33,409 bases of DNA from a virus. Taxonomy: Duplodnaviria > Caudoviricetes. Position 1 is the stretch's first letter. Each line of letters opens with the position of its first letter. A program made the position numbers and the translations under genes. A model generated the notes under the pieces. That model saw only the letters and a program-made list of their open reading frames with translations. It was not told the origin of the DNA and did not search any database. Of the stretch, positions 1-9,016 are shown piece by piece. Where the stretch lies: positions 1 through 33,409 of IMG/VR virus record IMGVR_UViG_3300032233_002337; one strand, 5' to 3'.

Positions 1-450
1 CCAACGACTGCTGCTCCAACAACGGCAGCACCGACAACTGCTGCTCCAACGACTGCTGCTCCAACAACGGCTGCTCCTACAACGGCAGCACCGACAACAG
101 CAGCACCAACAACGGCTGCTCCTACAACGGCAGCACCGACAACGGCAGCACCGACAACTGCTGCTCCAACGACTGCTGCTCCAACAACGGCTGCTCCTAC
201 AACGGCAGCACCGACAACTGCTGCTCCAACGACTGCTGCTCCAACAACGGCTGCTCCTACAACGGCAGCACCGACAACTGCTGCTCCAACTACTGCTGCT
301 CCAACTACTGCTGCTCCAACTACTGCTGCTCCAACTACTGCTGCTCCAACTGCTGCCCCTACAACAGCAGCACCAACGACGGCGGCTCCAACTACTGCTG
401 CTCCAACAGCATCACCAACAACGGCTGCGCCTACAACTGCTGCTCCAACT
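1..450 (+). repeat. Coding tandem repeat of about 30 x 15-bp units (PTTAA) with exact higher-order duplications
   Basis: An exact 60-bp unit occurs at 31-90, 151-210 and 211-270. CCAACTACTGCTGCT occurs four times exactly at 286-345. Confidence 0.97.
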
Positions 451-2112
451 GCTATACCAGCAACTGTTAATATCCATTTAGAAGAATATAATGCATCACC
501 AACAACATTCTTAGATGCCAATCTAACAGTAAATGGAGTAGCATATTACTTCTCAGGTGATTTCTCAACTACTGTACCGGCAGGAACAAGTAATAATGTT
601 ACTCTTGAGGCTGCTGAAGCAACACCTTATAATTTCTGGGGACCTTATAAAACAGGAAGTGCTAACTTATTAGTATATGAAGATGGAACTTTAATATATA
701 ATACTATAAACAATTATTACAGTGGTAGTGGAACCCAAAACTTTAGTCAAGCTGTAACTTATGGAGCTGGTAAAACATATGTAATCTCTGGCTCTACACT
801 CCCAATAGATGTTCCTGAAGTATGTTACAATTGTGGAGAAGGATTTACATTAACAACCGGTAGTATATTATATGGAGAATATCCAGCAGTTGATATTTGT
901 AATTTAGATGATGGAACAGCAATTAGAGTTAATTACAATGTATCTACAAGACCTAATAGAGTTAACATATATAACAATAATGGATTCTTTACAAGCTCAG
1001 TATGGGCAGGTGAAGCAGCTTATGCAGGACCTTGGGGAAGTTATTTAAATACATCTCCTGATGGAAATATTTACTTTACATATTCGGCTGCTTATGCTCC
1101 ATATTCTATTTCTGTTGAATACGGTAATGCTGATCCAATATCACCAGTAGAAGATGATATATCTATTGCTGTATTTTGTACTCCACCAACAGGATCTTTT
1201 GATTTCCTAAGATTATTCCCTACAGGATCTGTAATACCGGCATATGCCACTGCTTCTTGTAATGCTAATCCATCATTAAATCTAGCATCTTTTTACTTTA
1301 CTGCTAGTTATTCTACAGGCCCTTATGGATATTCAGCTAGTTTTGTTCAAGATGTAAATGGTAATCCAATATGGACTCCATCAGGTAGTGGATTTAGTAG
1401 TGGTATATATTACGAAATTAATCCAGCAACATATACTTGGGCTTGGATTCAAACTGTACCAACTCAAAGTATTTATTACCCTGCTATTTCTGATGGAAGC
1501 AATACAGTGTATTTACAACCAATATATGATTGTGTGCCATTAGATGTAACTTTTGTAATAGCACCATTAACTAATACAGCAACAGGTAATATATACTACC
1601 CAGCATTACCTGTATTAGGATCTCAAAATAGAGGAACTAGCTATAGAGTAACAGGAAGTAAGGGTAGTTTAGTAAGCGTTTCTGCTCTAGTTACTAGTGG
1701 TTCTACATTCTTAGGATGGTCATTTACTTCAGGTAGTACAGCAGGTATTTTTGAAACAGCTAGTACTATTCAAATTCCACTAACAAATACAGGAAGTATA
1801 TTTTATGCTATAATTGATAAAAATATAATTTCTGGTTCATTCTGTTACTATAACTCAGATCCAATAGGAACAGTAGCTTGTGATGCTTGTGCTGTTACAT
1901 CAAGTGTATATTTTGATGCATATGCTCTTACAGGTTCTAACTATGCTGGTATTAATTGGTATAGTGATGCAAACTTAACTACATTAGTTCCTACAGGGTA
2001 TTATAAATTAACAGGTGTCGAAACATCTACACCAATATATTATGTATCCGGTAACCCAGTACAAACTAGAACTGCAAATGGGTATTGCTCAGACGTTACT
2101 CTAACATGTTAA
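1..2112 (+). CDS. 5'-truncated large virion-surface/structural protein: PTTAA mucin-like stalk followed by beta-rich, Cys-containing modules (>=703 aa)
   Basis: I translated frame +1 by hand and found it open from base 1 to the TAA at 2110-2112. The track's 1507..2112 ORF (GTG start) is only its C-terminal part. The protein is rich in T/S/G/Y. Confidence 0.85.
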   Translation, partial: PTTAAPTTAAPTTAAPTTAAPTTAAPTTAAPTTAAPTTAAPTTAAPTTAAPTTAAPTTAAPTTAAPTTAAPTTAAPTTAAPTTAAPTTAAPTTAAPTTAAPTTAAPTTAAPTTAAPTAAPTTAAPTTAAPTTAAPTASPTTAAPTTAAPTAIPATVNIHLEEYNASPTTFLDANLTVNGVAYYFSGDFSTTVPAGTSNNVTLEAAEATPYNFWGPYKTGSANLLVYEDGTLIYNTINNYYSGSGTQNFSQAVTYGAGKTYVISGSTLPIDVPEVCYNCGEGFTLTTGSILYGEYPAVDICNLDDGTAIRVNYNVSTRPNRVNIYNNNGFFTSSVWAGEAAYAGPWGSYLNTSPDGNIYFTYSAAYAPYSISVEYGNADPISPVEDDISIAVFCTPPTGSFDFLRLFPTGSVIPAYATASCNANPSLNLASFYFTASYSTGPYGYSASFVQDVNGNPIWTPSGSGFSSGIYYEINPATYTWAWIQTVPTQSIYYPAISDGSNTVYLQPIYDCVPLDVTFVIAPLTNTATGNIYYPALPVLGSQNRGTSYRVTGSKGSLVSVSALVTSGSTFLGWSFTSGSTAGIFETASTIQIPLTNTGSIFYAIIDKNIISGSFCYYNSDPIGTVACDACAVTSSVYFDAYALTGSNYAGINWYSDANLTTLVPTGYYKLTGVETSTPIYYVSGNPVQTRTANGYCSDVTLTC

Positions 2113-2114
2113 AA

Positions 2115-2126
2115 TATTTATAAATA
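2115..2126 (+). promoter_or_regulatory. Putative late promoter TATTTATA, here part of the palindrome TATTTATAAATA that also contains T4-type TATAAATA
   Basis: Intergenic and 8 nt upstream of ATG 2131. The motif recurs before about 10 genes. Confidence 0.65.
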
Positions 2127-2130
2127 GTAT

Positions 2131-5100
2131 ATGCCCTTAACTCATTCAACAAATATAGTAATTACCCCAGCTGATTTTACTTCTAGTAGTCCTGTTGGTG
2201 GGGTAACGCTTGCTCAAAGTCTTGGAATTAACAATGTTAGTAACATTAAATGGGCAAATAAAACTAGACAATTAAATTTAGGTAATACTAATTATGGATA
2301 TGCAACATTTGATATTAGTTATACAATAACAGGAACAACAGATGTTATTGGTGTTTCTTTTTATAGTGAAAGTACTATACTTACATATTCCACTACACTA
2401 AGCGGTTTATTTAAACCAGTATTTAATGGAGAATATATCAAATTAACTCCGGGTGTAACTACAAGATTATATGTTATAGTTAATGCTCTTACCAAAGATT
2501 CAACATTACCTATAAATTTTATCATAGGAAAAAAAGGTACTCCACCATCAAATATAACAATAAATTTACAATATAATTGTAACGATGTAGGACCTTTATA
2601 TAAATACTTAATGGGACTTCATGCTTATTCAGCATATGATGCCCTTAATAGTCCTGCTCTTCAAACTTATTTATATTCATATACCCCAATAGGATCTTGG
2701 ACAACAGACACTGAAGTATATTCTGCTGCTAATTTTAGCCACCCAGCATATCCATATTATTATGGTTATAATGGTAATGTATATAAAGTTGGGGGTGAAT
2801 TAGAAAGATCATTTGGTACTAAATACTATTTTGAATGTATCAAATGGTGGGCTTTTGGTGATACTAAAACTTATACTAAAACTATTGGCCCTAAAGCTTG
2901 GTTAAATAGAGATGATGGTGTTTTAGCAACTGATAATTTTGTTTTTCCTGAAATGCCAGCTGTAGGTAAATTGAAAAAAATTATTCCTTCTGCAAATATT
3001 GTTCAACCATCTTCATATAGATATTATATGGGGGTTGCTCCTACCCAACAAGCTTCTGCTGATTACTTTACTCAATTTGATTTTCAAAATAGAACATCTC
3101 ATACTGTTGCTGGATCTACCCATGCTATGTCTAAATTAAGTCAAGGATTTACTAATGGATTTAAAGGATTTGTAAAATTTGATTATGAACCTTGGGGATG
3201 GTTAGTGTGGTTAGGTGCTTCTATTGCTCAAAATTCTGTTTGGACTTCTACTAATACAACAAACGCTACAACCCTTTTACAAAAAATAGGAAATATATGG
3301 GCTAAAGCTGATGGCTTTTATACTAGAACAATGGTTGAAGGAACAAAAACAATTTCCTTTAAAGGATTTTTTACAGGAGGAGCTCTACCAGGTGGAATAC
3401 CAATTGTTGTTGTAGTAATAATAATTATAATAATAATATTAATTGTAAAATTATTTAAACCTACTAAAGCTGTTTTTGAAGAACCTCCTATAAAATTTAG
3501 ATATAGATATGCAAACACCCCTTATCTAAATAATGGAACTAGGTTATTTAAAAATACAACATTATCTACATATTCATCTGAATACTACTGTGATGGTATA
3601 TATTTTTATAATCAAACCGGAGGAACAATAGCAAATAAAGAATTATCTTATTCAACAAATGCTTTAATTCAAAACGATCCAATAAAAAAAGGTTTAGCAT
3701 ATTCTCTTAAAGCAGACCAACCTGATTCTGGTTCTGTATTATCTGACTTTACTAAATTAGCAATTTTACCATATTGCTCAGGTAAACCTGATACTGTAAG
3801 TAGTACTAATATCAATACAACTCAAACAGCTACTTTTACACCATTAAATAAAGGCGGTGATTTATTAACTTATCCTTTAACAGTAACAGTTGAAATACCT
3901 GAAGGTACAATTATCACAACAGGTTCTCAAGCATTAGCTAATGCTGAAGCTAAAAATTTACTAAATGAATTAACCTCATCTTATGCTGCTTCTGGAAGCT
4001 ATGGCCAAACAATTTCAGGAATTGATGGATTTGGTGCTTTCTTTACTCATGAAATTAAAGTAGAAACATACCCTAATACAGGAAGTGTTTTCTTTAACAA
4101 TAATGATGGAAATGGATTAACAGTAGGAAAGTCATTATATTATGATAACGCTGGATATTTAAAAGTATCTAATGGTTATTATGCTGCTACTACAGAATCA
4201 TATGCTTCTGCTTCTTATCACAGAACTTTTTACAAAACTGTAAATGGTAGCGTAACAGATATATTATCAATGGCTTCATCAGTAGCTACAACAGTAACTT
4301 CTTTAGTTAATAGTGCTACTTATCCTGTTCAAACTTCAAATCAAAACCATACTAGTGATTGGTATTGGTATGATATATCATATAATGATTTAAAAGATGA
4401 TTTGACTCCTATTTTAGAATCAAAACCAAATCCAAATTCATTATATACAACTAGCTCATTAAAAGCAGGATTCTGCACTCCAGATACTTCTTCATTCTAT
4501 ACTTACAATAGTATTCCAAGTACGGCAAGTTATTCTGAAGCAACACCAGGATTTTATTATGCTTTTAGTTCATATGAAAACCCATATATATTTACCTATT
4601 CAACACCAGTTACATTATCAATTAACTTAACTGAAGTTTGCTTTACAGATTATTCTATAGGTGAACCTTATGGTATCAATATAAGTGGCGCAAGTGGATC
4701 TTCTTCATCTTCACTTTACTACCCAGTTTATATGACATTAAATGCATATAATGGTGGTAGTCTAATAACTTCATTCCCAGCAACGGCATCTGCTGAAGGT
4801 ATAACATATGTTGATTTTCCTGCTCCAATAACTAAAGATTCTAATGTTACTAACGTAACTGTAGCTTCAATTAGTTCTCCAAACCCAAATAATAAAATAT
4901 TATATGTAGGTGGATCCTTTACTAACTGTAATCCAACAACTCCTGCTCCAACAGCAGCACCAACAGCTGCTCCAACAACGGCAGCACCGACAACTGCTGC
5001 TCCAACAACTGCAGCACCTACAACAGCAGCTCCAACAGCAGCACCTACAACAGCTGCTCCAACTACTGCGGCTCCAACAACACCAGCTCCAACAACTCCA

Positions 5101-6999
5101 CCTTGTGAATGTTGGACTATTTACAACGAAGGTAATACAACAGGAAATTATACTATAATAAATTGTAACGGAACTGAACAAACAATAAATTTAACAACGG
5201 TAACTAGATCAAGAACTCATTGTATCAAAGGTGGAACCTTCCCAATAATTAATTCAGGCTTATTAACTGAGTATGAATGTGGAACTACTTGTAACGTAAG
5301 TGGTGATTGTACATATTGTGGACCAACACCAGCACCAACAACAGCGGCTCCTACAGCAGCACCAACAACAGCGGCTCCTACAGCAGCACCTACAACGGCG
5401 GCTCCAACAACACCTTCACCAACAGCACAACCAACTCCTGCTCCAACAGCTCCATTTGCAGGTAATATAGAATATTCAACAATATCAGCAGCTTATGTTT
5501 GTGATAATGGTTCTACTCCTTTAAGTGTAACAGGAAATGGTAGTACTTTCTGTACTTCAACCACACTTACAGGTGCTGGTTGGGTAGGTCTTGGACAAAA
5601 TACTTATTATATTAAATGGATTGGTAGTACTGATTATATGCAAGTATATAAAGCCAATTCCAGTCATGATTATGTAACAAGAATATCAGGTGGGTGTAAT
5701 GCTTGTCCTACACCAGCTCCTACGGCTGCTCCAACAACAGCTGCACCAACAACAGCGGCTCCAACAGCAGCACCAACAACGGCTGCTCCAACAACTCCCG
5801 CACCTACACCTGCTGCTCCACCATACAGTTTCTTAGTTAATAGTGTAGGTAGAACTTCTTCTACTATTGCTTGTAGTATAGCAAAAACCAGAACACTTTA
5901 CGCTTACGAGTCAAACTTTATGGACATAAATAGATTCTATTCTACAAACACCTATCCTTTTACAATATTCGATGGTAACAGTAGATGGTATAGTGATGGT
6001 GTTTATTCACAAATGATTTCTACTCTTGGTTATCCAATGGAAACTATAGAGTGTCCAACACCATCTCCAACAGCTGCTCCTACAACAGCTGCTCCAACAA
6101 CAGCAGCTCCAACAGCAGCACCTACAACACCAGCTCCAACTTGCCCAGCAGCAGATCAATTATTAAGTGAAGGATGTATAAATCCAGGAACTGGAGGAAG
6201 TTGTACATATAGACGCACATATACTAATGGAGCTTGTGGATCATATAATGTTGATACATCAGAGTGTGCAACATGTTGTCCTGCAGATGGCACATTAATA
6301 TCTAACGATTCATGCGTTGATTATGGTAATACATGTTCTAGAAACAGAACAGTAACTAATGGATCTTGTGGTACAAGAGGAACAACATACTCAGATTGTG
6401 CAACCTGTTGCCCAGCAGCGGGAACTATATTTAGTGAAGGATGTATTGATCCAGGAACTGGTGGAAGTTGTACATACAGATACGTTAAAGCTGATGGAAG
6501 TTGTGGAACATATAATGAAGATATATCAGCATGTGCTACATGTTGTCCTGCAGCAGATACAATAGTTAGTCAATTCTGTCTAGGATCTACTCTTCGTACT
6601 ATTTATACAAATGGTACTTGCGGAACATATACTGTAAATACTCCTAATTCTCCATCTTGTATATCTTATTTCTACTATGAAGTAACTCCATGTTTTGGAG
6701 GTGCAAATGTAATTGCTAGAAGTACAGATGATGGATTGTCTGGAGTTTATGCAGCAAACAGCACTTGCTATACAATACAAGATTCAGTAATATCACAAGC
6801 ATATAGCTTTGATATAGACCCAGCAAATTACCAAGGAGGATCATGTTTAGTTTCAGGATGTGGATATTCACCACCACCAATTGCTCCACCACCAACAGCC
6901 TCTACTTACTCTTGTGATTATTATTCAGGATGTTATGCGGATGTGTCTGGACCATATGAAACACTTCAAGATTGTAATATGAATTGTATTCAACCATAA
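2131..6999 (+). CDS. 1622-aa modular virion (tail/fibre/surface) protein: internal hydrophobic helix, DUF5977-like module, four PT(T)AA linkers, Cys-rich modules and repeats
   Basis: Long ORF. IVVVVIIIIIIILIV lies at 3403-3447. TQTATFT...VEIPEGT...SQALANAEA (about 3811-4000) resembles DUF5977 of Bacteroidota and their phages. The C-terminal third is Cys-rich. Confidence 0.8.
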   Translation: MPLTHSTNIVITPADFTSSSPVGGVTLAQSLGINNVSNIKWANKTRQLNLGNTNYGYATFDISYTITGTTDVIGVSFYSESTILTYSTTLSGLFKPVFNGEYIKLTPGVTTRLYVIVNALTKDSTLPINFIIGKKGTPPSNITINLQYNCNDVGPLYKYLMGLHAYSAYDALNSPALQTYLYSYTPIGSWTTDTEVYSAANFSHPAYPYYYGYNGNVYKVGGELERSFGTKYYFECIKWWAFGDTKTYTKTIGPKAWLNRDDGVLATDNFVFPEMPAVGKLKKIIPSANIVQPSSYRYYMGVAPTQQASADYFTQFDFQNRTSHTVAGSTHAMSKLSQGFTNGFKGFVKFDYEPWGWLVWLGASIAQNSVWTSTNTTNATTLLQKIGNIWAKADGFYTRTMVEGTKTISFKGFFTGGALPGGIPIVVVVIIIIIIILIVKLFKPTKAVFEEPPIKFRYRYANTPYLNNGTRLFKNTTLSTYSSEYYCDGIYFYNQTGGTIANKELSYSTNALIQNDPIKKGLAYSLKADQPDSGSVLSDFTKLAILPYCSGKPDTVSSTNINTTQTATFTPLNKGGDLLTYPLTVTVEIPEGTIITTGSQALANAEAKNLLNELTSSYAASGSYGQTISGIDGFGAFFTHEIKVETYPNTGSVFFNNNDGNGLTVGKSLYYDNAGYLKVSNGYYAATTESYASASYHRTFYKTVNGSVTDILSMASSVATTVTSLVNSATYPVQTSNQNHTSDWYWYDISYNDLKDDLTPILESKPNPNSLYTTSSLKAGFCTPDTSSFYTYNSIPSTASYSEATPGFYYAFSSYENPYIFTYSTPVTLSINLTEVCFTDYSIGEPYGINISGASGSSSSSLYYPVYMTLNAYNGGSLITSFPATASAEGITYVDFPAPITKDSNVTNVTVASISSPNPNNKILYVGGSFTNCNPTTPAPTAAPTAAPTTAAPTTAAPTTAAPTTAAPTAAPTTAAPTTAAPTTPAPTTPPCECWTIYNEGNTTGNYTIINCNGTEQTINLTTVTRSRTHCIKGGTFPIINSGLLTEYECGTTCNVSGDCTYCGPTPAPTTAAPTAAPTTAAPTAAPTTAAPTTPSPTAQPTPAPTAPFAGNIEYSTISAAYVCDNGSTPLSVTGNGSTFCTSTTLTGAGWVGLGQNTYYIKWIGSTDYMQVYKANSSHDYVTRISGGCNACPTPAPTAAPTTAAPTTAAPTAAPTTAAPTTPAPTPAAPPYSFLVNSVGRTSSTIACSIAKTRTLYAYESNFMDINRFYSTNTYPFTIFDGNSRWYSDGVYSQMISTLGYPMETIECPTPSPTAAPTTAAPTTAAPTAAPTTPAPTCPAADQLLSEGCINPGTGGSCTYRRTYTNGACGSYNVDTSECATCCPADGTLISNDSCVDYGNTCSRNRTVTNGSCGTRGTTYSDCATCCPAAGTIFSEGCIDPGTGGSCTYRYVKADGSCGTYNEDISACATCCPAADTIVSQFCLGSTLRTIYTNGTCGTYTVNTPNSPSCISYFYYEVTPCFGGANVIARSTDDGLSGVYAANSTCYTIQDSVISQAYSFDIDPANYQGGSCLVSGCGYSPPPIAPPPTASTYSCDYYSGCYADVSGPYETLQDCNMNCIQP
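4933..6141 (+). repeat. Four PT(T)AA/PTPA repeat blocks (4933-5103, 5323-5454, 5707-5823, 6055-6141) separating globular modules
   Basis: Read directly from the DNA and the translation. Confidence 0.95.
6142..6660 (+). repeat. Four tandem Cys-rich repeats of about 40-45 aa (CPAx..C..[ND]GxCG[ST]..CATC)
   Basis: CPAADQLLSEGCINPGTGGSCTY... and CPAAGTIFSEGCIDPGTGGSCTY... are closely similar. Copies 1 and 3 share the DNA string ATCCAGGAACTGG.GGAAGTTGTACATA.AGA. Confidence 0.9.
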
Positions 7000-7019
7000 A
7001 AATAAAAAAATAATATAAT

Positions 7020-7259
7020 ATGACATATTTTAAACTAACAACAGGAACAGGAAATGTTTATAGAAGCTTTGATGCTGATAACTTTATAACATTAGAGTTA
7101 TTTAACGGAACTATTCATAAAAGAATGGATAAAATAGAAAATCAAGCTTTATATAACTACATAGTTACTAAAACTACAGATGAAGGATTTGTGGAAATAA
7201 CGGAAGAAGAATTTATATTGAACAAAACAGAAATACTAGTTGTTCTAAATAACGCTTAA
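7020..7259 (+). CDS. Hypothetical protein (79 aa)
   Basis: Fills the gap between co-oriented genes, with an A-rich start context and typical codon usage. Confidence 0.75.
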   Translation: MTYFKLTTGTGNVYRSFDADNFITLELFNGTIHKRMDKIENQALYNYIVTKTTDEGFVEITEEEFILNKTEILVVLNNA

Positions 7260-7261
7260 TA

Positions 7262-7939
7262 ATGCCTAATTTTTACTTAACAATATCCCCCATTGACACA
7301 CTAAGTACTAGTACTTATAGCATCTATTTTGATGAAATAAAATACAGTAATTTAATGTTAAGTGGTGTGCCTCAAAACACATTAGTAGGTGGATTATTGG
7401 TTTATTTTACAGGAAGTGCATCTAATGCAACTTCTGTTTATGTTAAAAATGAAGATCCTGATTGTTGTTGTGCTGTTCAATCTTACATATTCCCAACCCC
7501 ATCCCCAACAGCTGCACCAACAGTTGCTCCGACTGCTGCTCCAACAACAGCAGCACCAACGACTGCTGCTCCAACAACAGCTGCTCCTACTACGGCCGCA
7601 CCAACTACAGTAGCTCCAACTACGGCAGCTCCTACCACGGCAGCGCCTACAACAGCCGCTCCAACAACACTTTATTCTATTTTATTAGGCCCTATAGGAG
7701 GAGATGCAGGTACTTCAGGAGCTGCTTGTATAAATTATAATAGTACTAGACCTTATTATAGTAATGTAAATTTCATGCAGTCTGGTTTTACTTACATTTA
7801 TGAATCAGTAACACCCACATTAGTACCATTAAATACAGAAGGATTATGGAAACCATTATCTTTTGTAGGTAATGCTACAATATATGCTGTAATTACTAAT
7901 TCTAGTGGTTTAATAACTAATTATACTTCATGTTCATAA
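7262..7939 (+). CDS. Stalked surface protein: N-terminal domain ending NEDPDCCC, PTTAA stalk (7493-7669), C-terminal Cys-bracketed module
   Basis: Translation. Its N-terminal domain aligns by eye with that of 7964..8683. Confidence 0.85.
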   Translation: MPNFYLTISPIDTLSTSTYSIYFDEIKYSNLMLSGVPQNTLVGGLLVYFTGSASNATSVYVKNEDPDCCCAVQSYIFPTPSPTAAPTVAPTAAPTTAAPTTAAPTTAAPTTAAPTTVAPTTAAPTTAAPTTAAPTTLYSILLGPIGGDAGTSGAACINYNSTRPYYSNVNFMQSGFTYIYESVTPTLVPLNTEGLWKPLSFVGNATIYAVITNSSGLITNYTSCS

Positions 7940-7951
7940 TAACAAGTAAAA

Positions 7952-7959
7952 TATTTATA
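7952..7959 (+). promoter_or_regulatory. Putative late promoter TATTTATA
   Basis: 4 nt upstream of ATG 7964. The 21-nt context AAAATATTTATAATAAATGGC is identical to that at 8683-8703. Confidence 0.7.
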
Positions 7960-7963
7960 ATAA

Positions 7964-8683
7964 ATGGCTAGAAAAATAATAACAGTAACAATAGGTTCAA
8001 GTACCACAGCTACAGGCCCATATAATGTTTATACAACGTCTATATCTGATGATAACTTACTTGAAGCAAATGTTTCACTAGCCAATATGAAAACCGGTAG
8101 AATATACCGAGTAAACACAGATATTAGTCAAGTAGTACTTACAAACGAAAATAACGACTGTTGTTGTTCAACTAAAGTAATTTCAATAAATCCTTCTCCT
8201 ACTCCATCACCCACAACAGCTGCACCAACAACAGCAGCTCCAACAACGGCGGCACCTACAACGGCTGCTCCAACAAACTCTCCAACTACAGCTGCACCAA
8301 CAACAGCAGCACCAACAGCACAACCTACAACTGCTGCTCCAACTACAGCATCTCCTACTACAGCCGCACCTACAACAGCGGCACCAACAACAGCAGCTCC
8401 AACAACGGCGGCACCTACAACAGCGGCACCAACAACAGCAGCTCCAACAACGGCGGCACCTACAACAGCTGCACCTACTACAGCAGCTCCAACAACATTA
8501 CCATGTTTATGTAGAGAAGGTACAATTATGGATAATAATGCTGTTTCTTGGGTAGACTGTAGCGGACAACAACAAGGTAATACAGGTGCTGAGATGGGAT
8601 CAACTGTATGCTTAGATATAAACAAATCACATTCAAGTAATATCCAGAACTTTGTAGAAACAATACTTTGTAATTGTTCATAA
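7964..8683 (+). CDS. Stalked surface protein, paralogue of 7262..7939: N-terminal domain ending NENNDCCC, long PTTAA stalk (8192-8497), small Cys-rich C-terminal module
   Basis: Translation. The stalk contains an exact 45-bp tandem duplication at 8369-8413/8414-8458. Confidence 0.85.
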   Translation: MARKIITVTIGSSTTATGPYNVYTTSISDDNLLEANVSLANMKTGRIYRVNTDISQVVLTNENNDCCCSTKVISINPSPTPSPTTAAPTTAAPTTAAPTTAAPTNSPTTAAPTTAAPTAQPTTAAPTTASPTTAAPTTAAPTTAAPTTAAPTTAAPTTAAPTTAAPTTAAPTTAAPTTLPCLCREGTIMDNNAVSWVDCSGQQQGNTGAEMGSTVCLDINKSHSSNIQNFVETILCNCS

Positions 8684-8686
8684 AAA

Positions 8687-8694
8687 TATTTATA
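8687..8694 (+). promoter_or_regulatory. Putative late promoter TATTTATA
   Basis: 4 nt upstream of ATG 8699. Confidence 0.7.
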
Positions 8695-8698
8695 ATAA

Positions 8699-9001
8699 AT
8701 GGCATACTTAGGAAATTTTACGTTATCATTTAAAAACGAACACATCATTCAAGAAAATGAAGTGCGTTGTTTAGTTGAGGAAAGTGATTTTAATTTATCT
8801 TACAACCCAACAATTGTAACTGGTAGTTATATTGGTGGTGAGGTAAGAAACTTTGCTACTAGTTCTGATTTTACTCCATACACTACTCAAATAGGTTTAT
8901 ATAATGATAATAATGAATTGTTGGCTGTTGCTAAATTTAGCAAACCAATTCTTATATCACCAGATACGGATATGACATTTGTCGTTAAATACGACGTTTA
9001 A
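8699..9001 (+). CDS. Tail-associated structural domain protein (tail-collar/fibre-attachment-like)
   Basis: The motif PYTTQIGLYNDNNELLAVAKFSKP resembles the E/T-IGLY-D-xx-L-AVA motif of phage tail-collar/fibre-type domains. Confidence 0.6.
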   Translation: MAYLGNFTLSFKNEHIIQENEVRCLVEESDFNLSYNPTIVTGSYIGGEVRNFATSSDFTPYTTQIGLYNDNNELLAVAKFSKPILISPDTDMTFVVKYDV

Positions 9002-9016
9002 AATAAAATAATAGTT

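Noticed and set aside
1-450. Repeat array as CRISPR or DGR template
   Set aside because: It consists of contiguous 15-bp coding units varying at third codon positions, with no unique spacers, no adenine-specific TR/VR pair and no reverse transcriptase in the window.
1-8683. Eukaryotic or giant-virus origin suggested by mucin-like and Cys-rich proteins
   Set aside because: These genes share the TATTTATA motif, strand and codon style with the T4-like terminase/portal genes, and show no introns or signal peptides.
1358-8748. Alternative-frame and antisense ORFs over the repeat genes (1358..1543, 3318..3518, 4900..5181, 4910..5158, 6359..6565, 6580..6780, 7389..7613, 7462..7740, 8128..8748)
   Set aside because: These are shadows of the main ORFs. 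Poly-Q/L, C/S/W and GAAVV translations are what PTTAA codons give in other frames, which lack stops.
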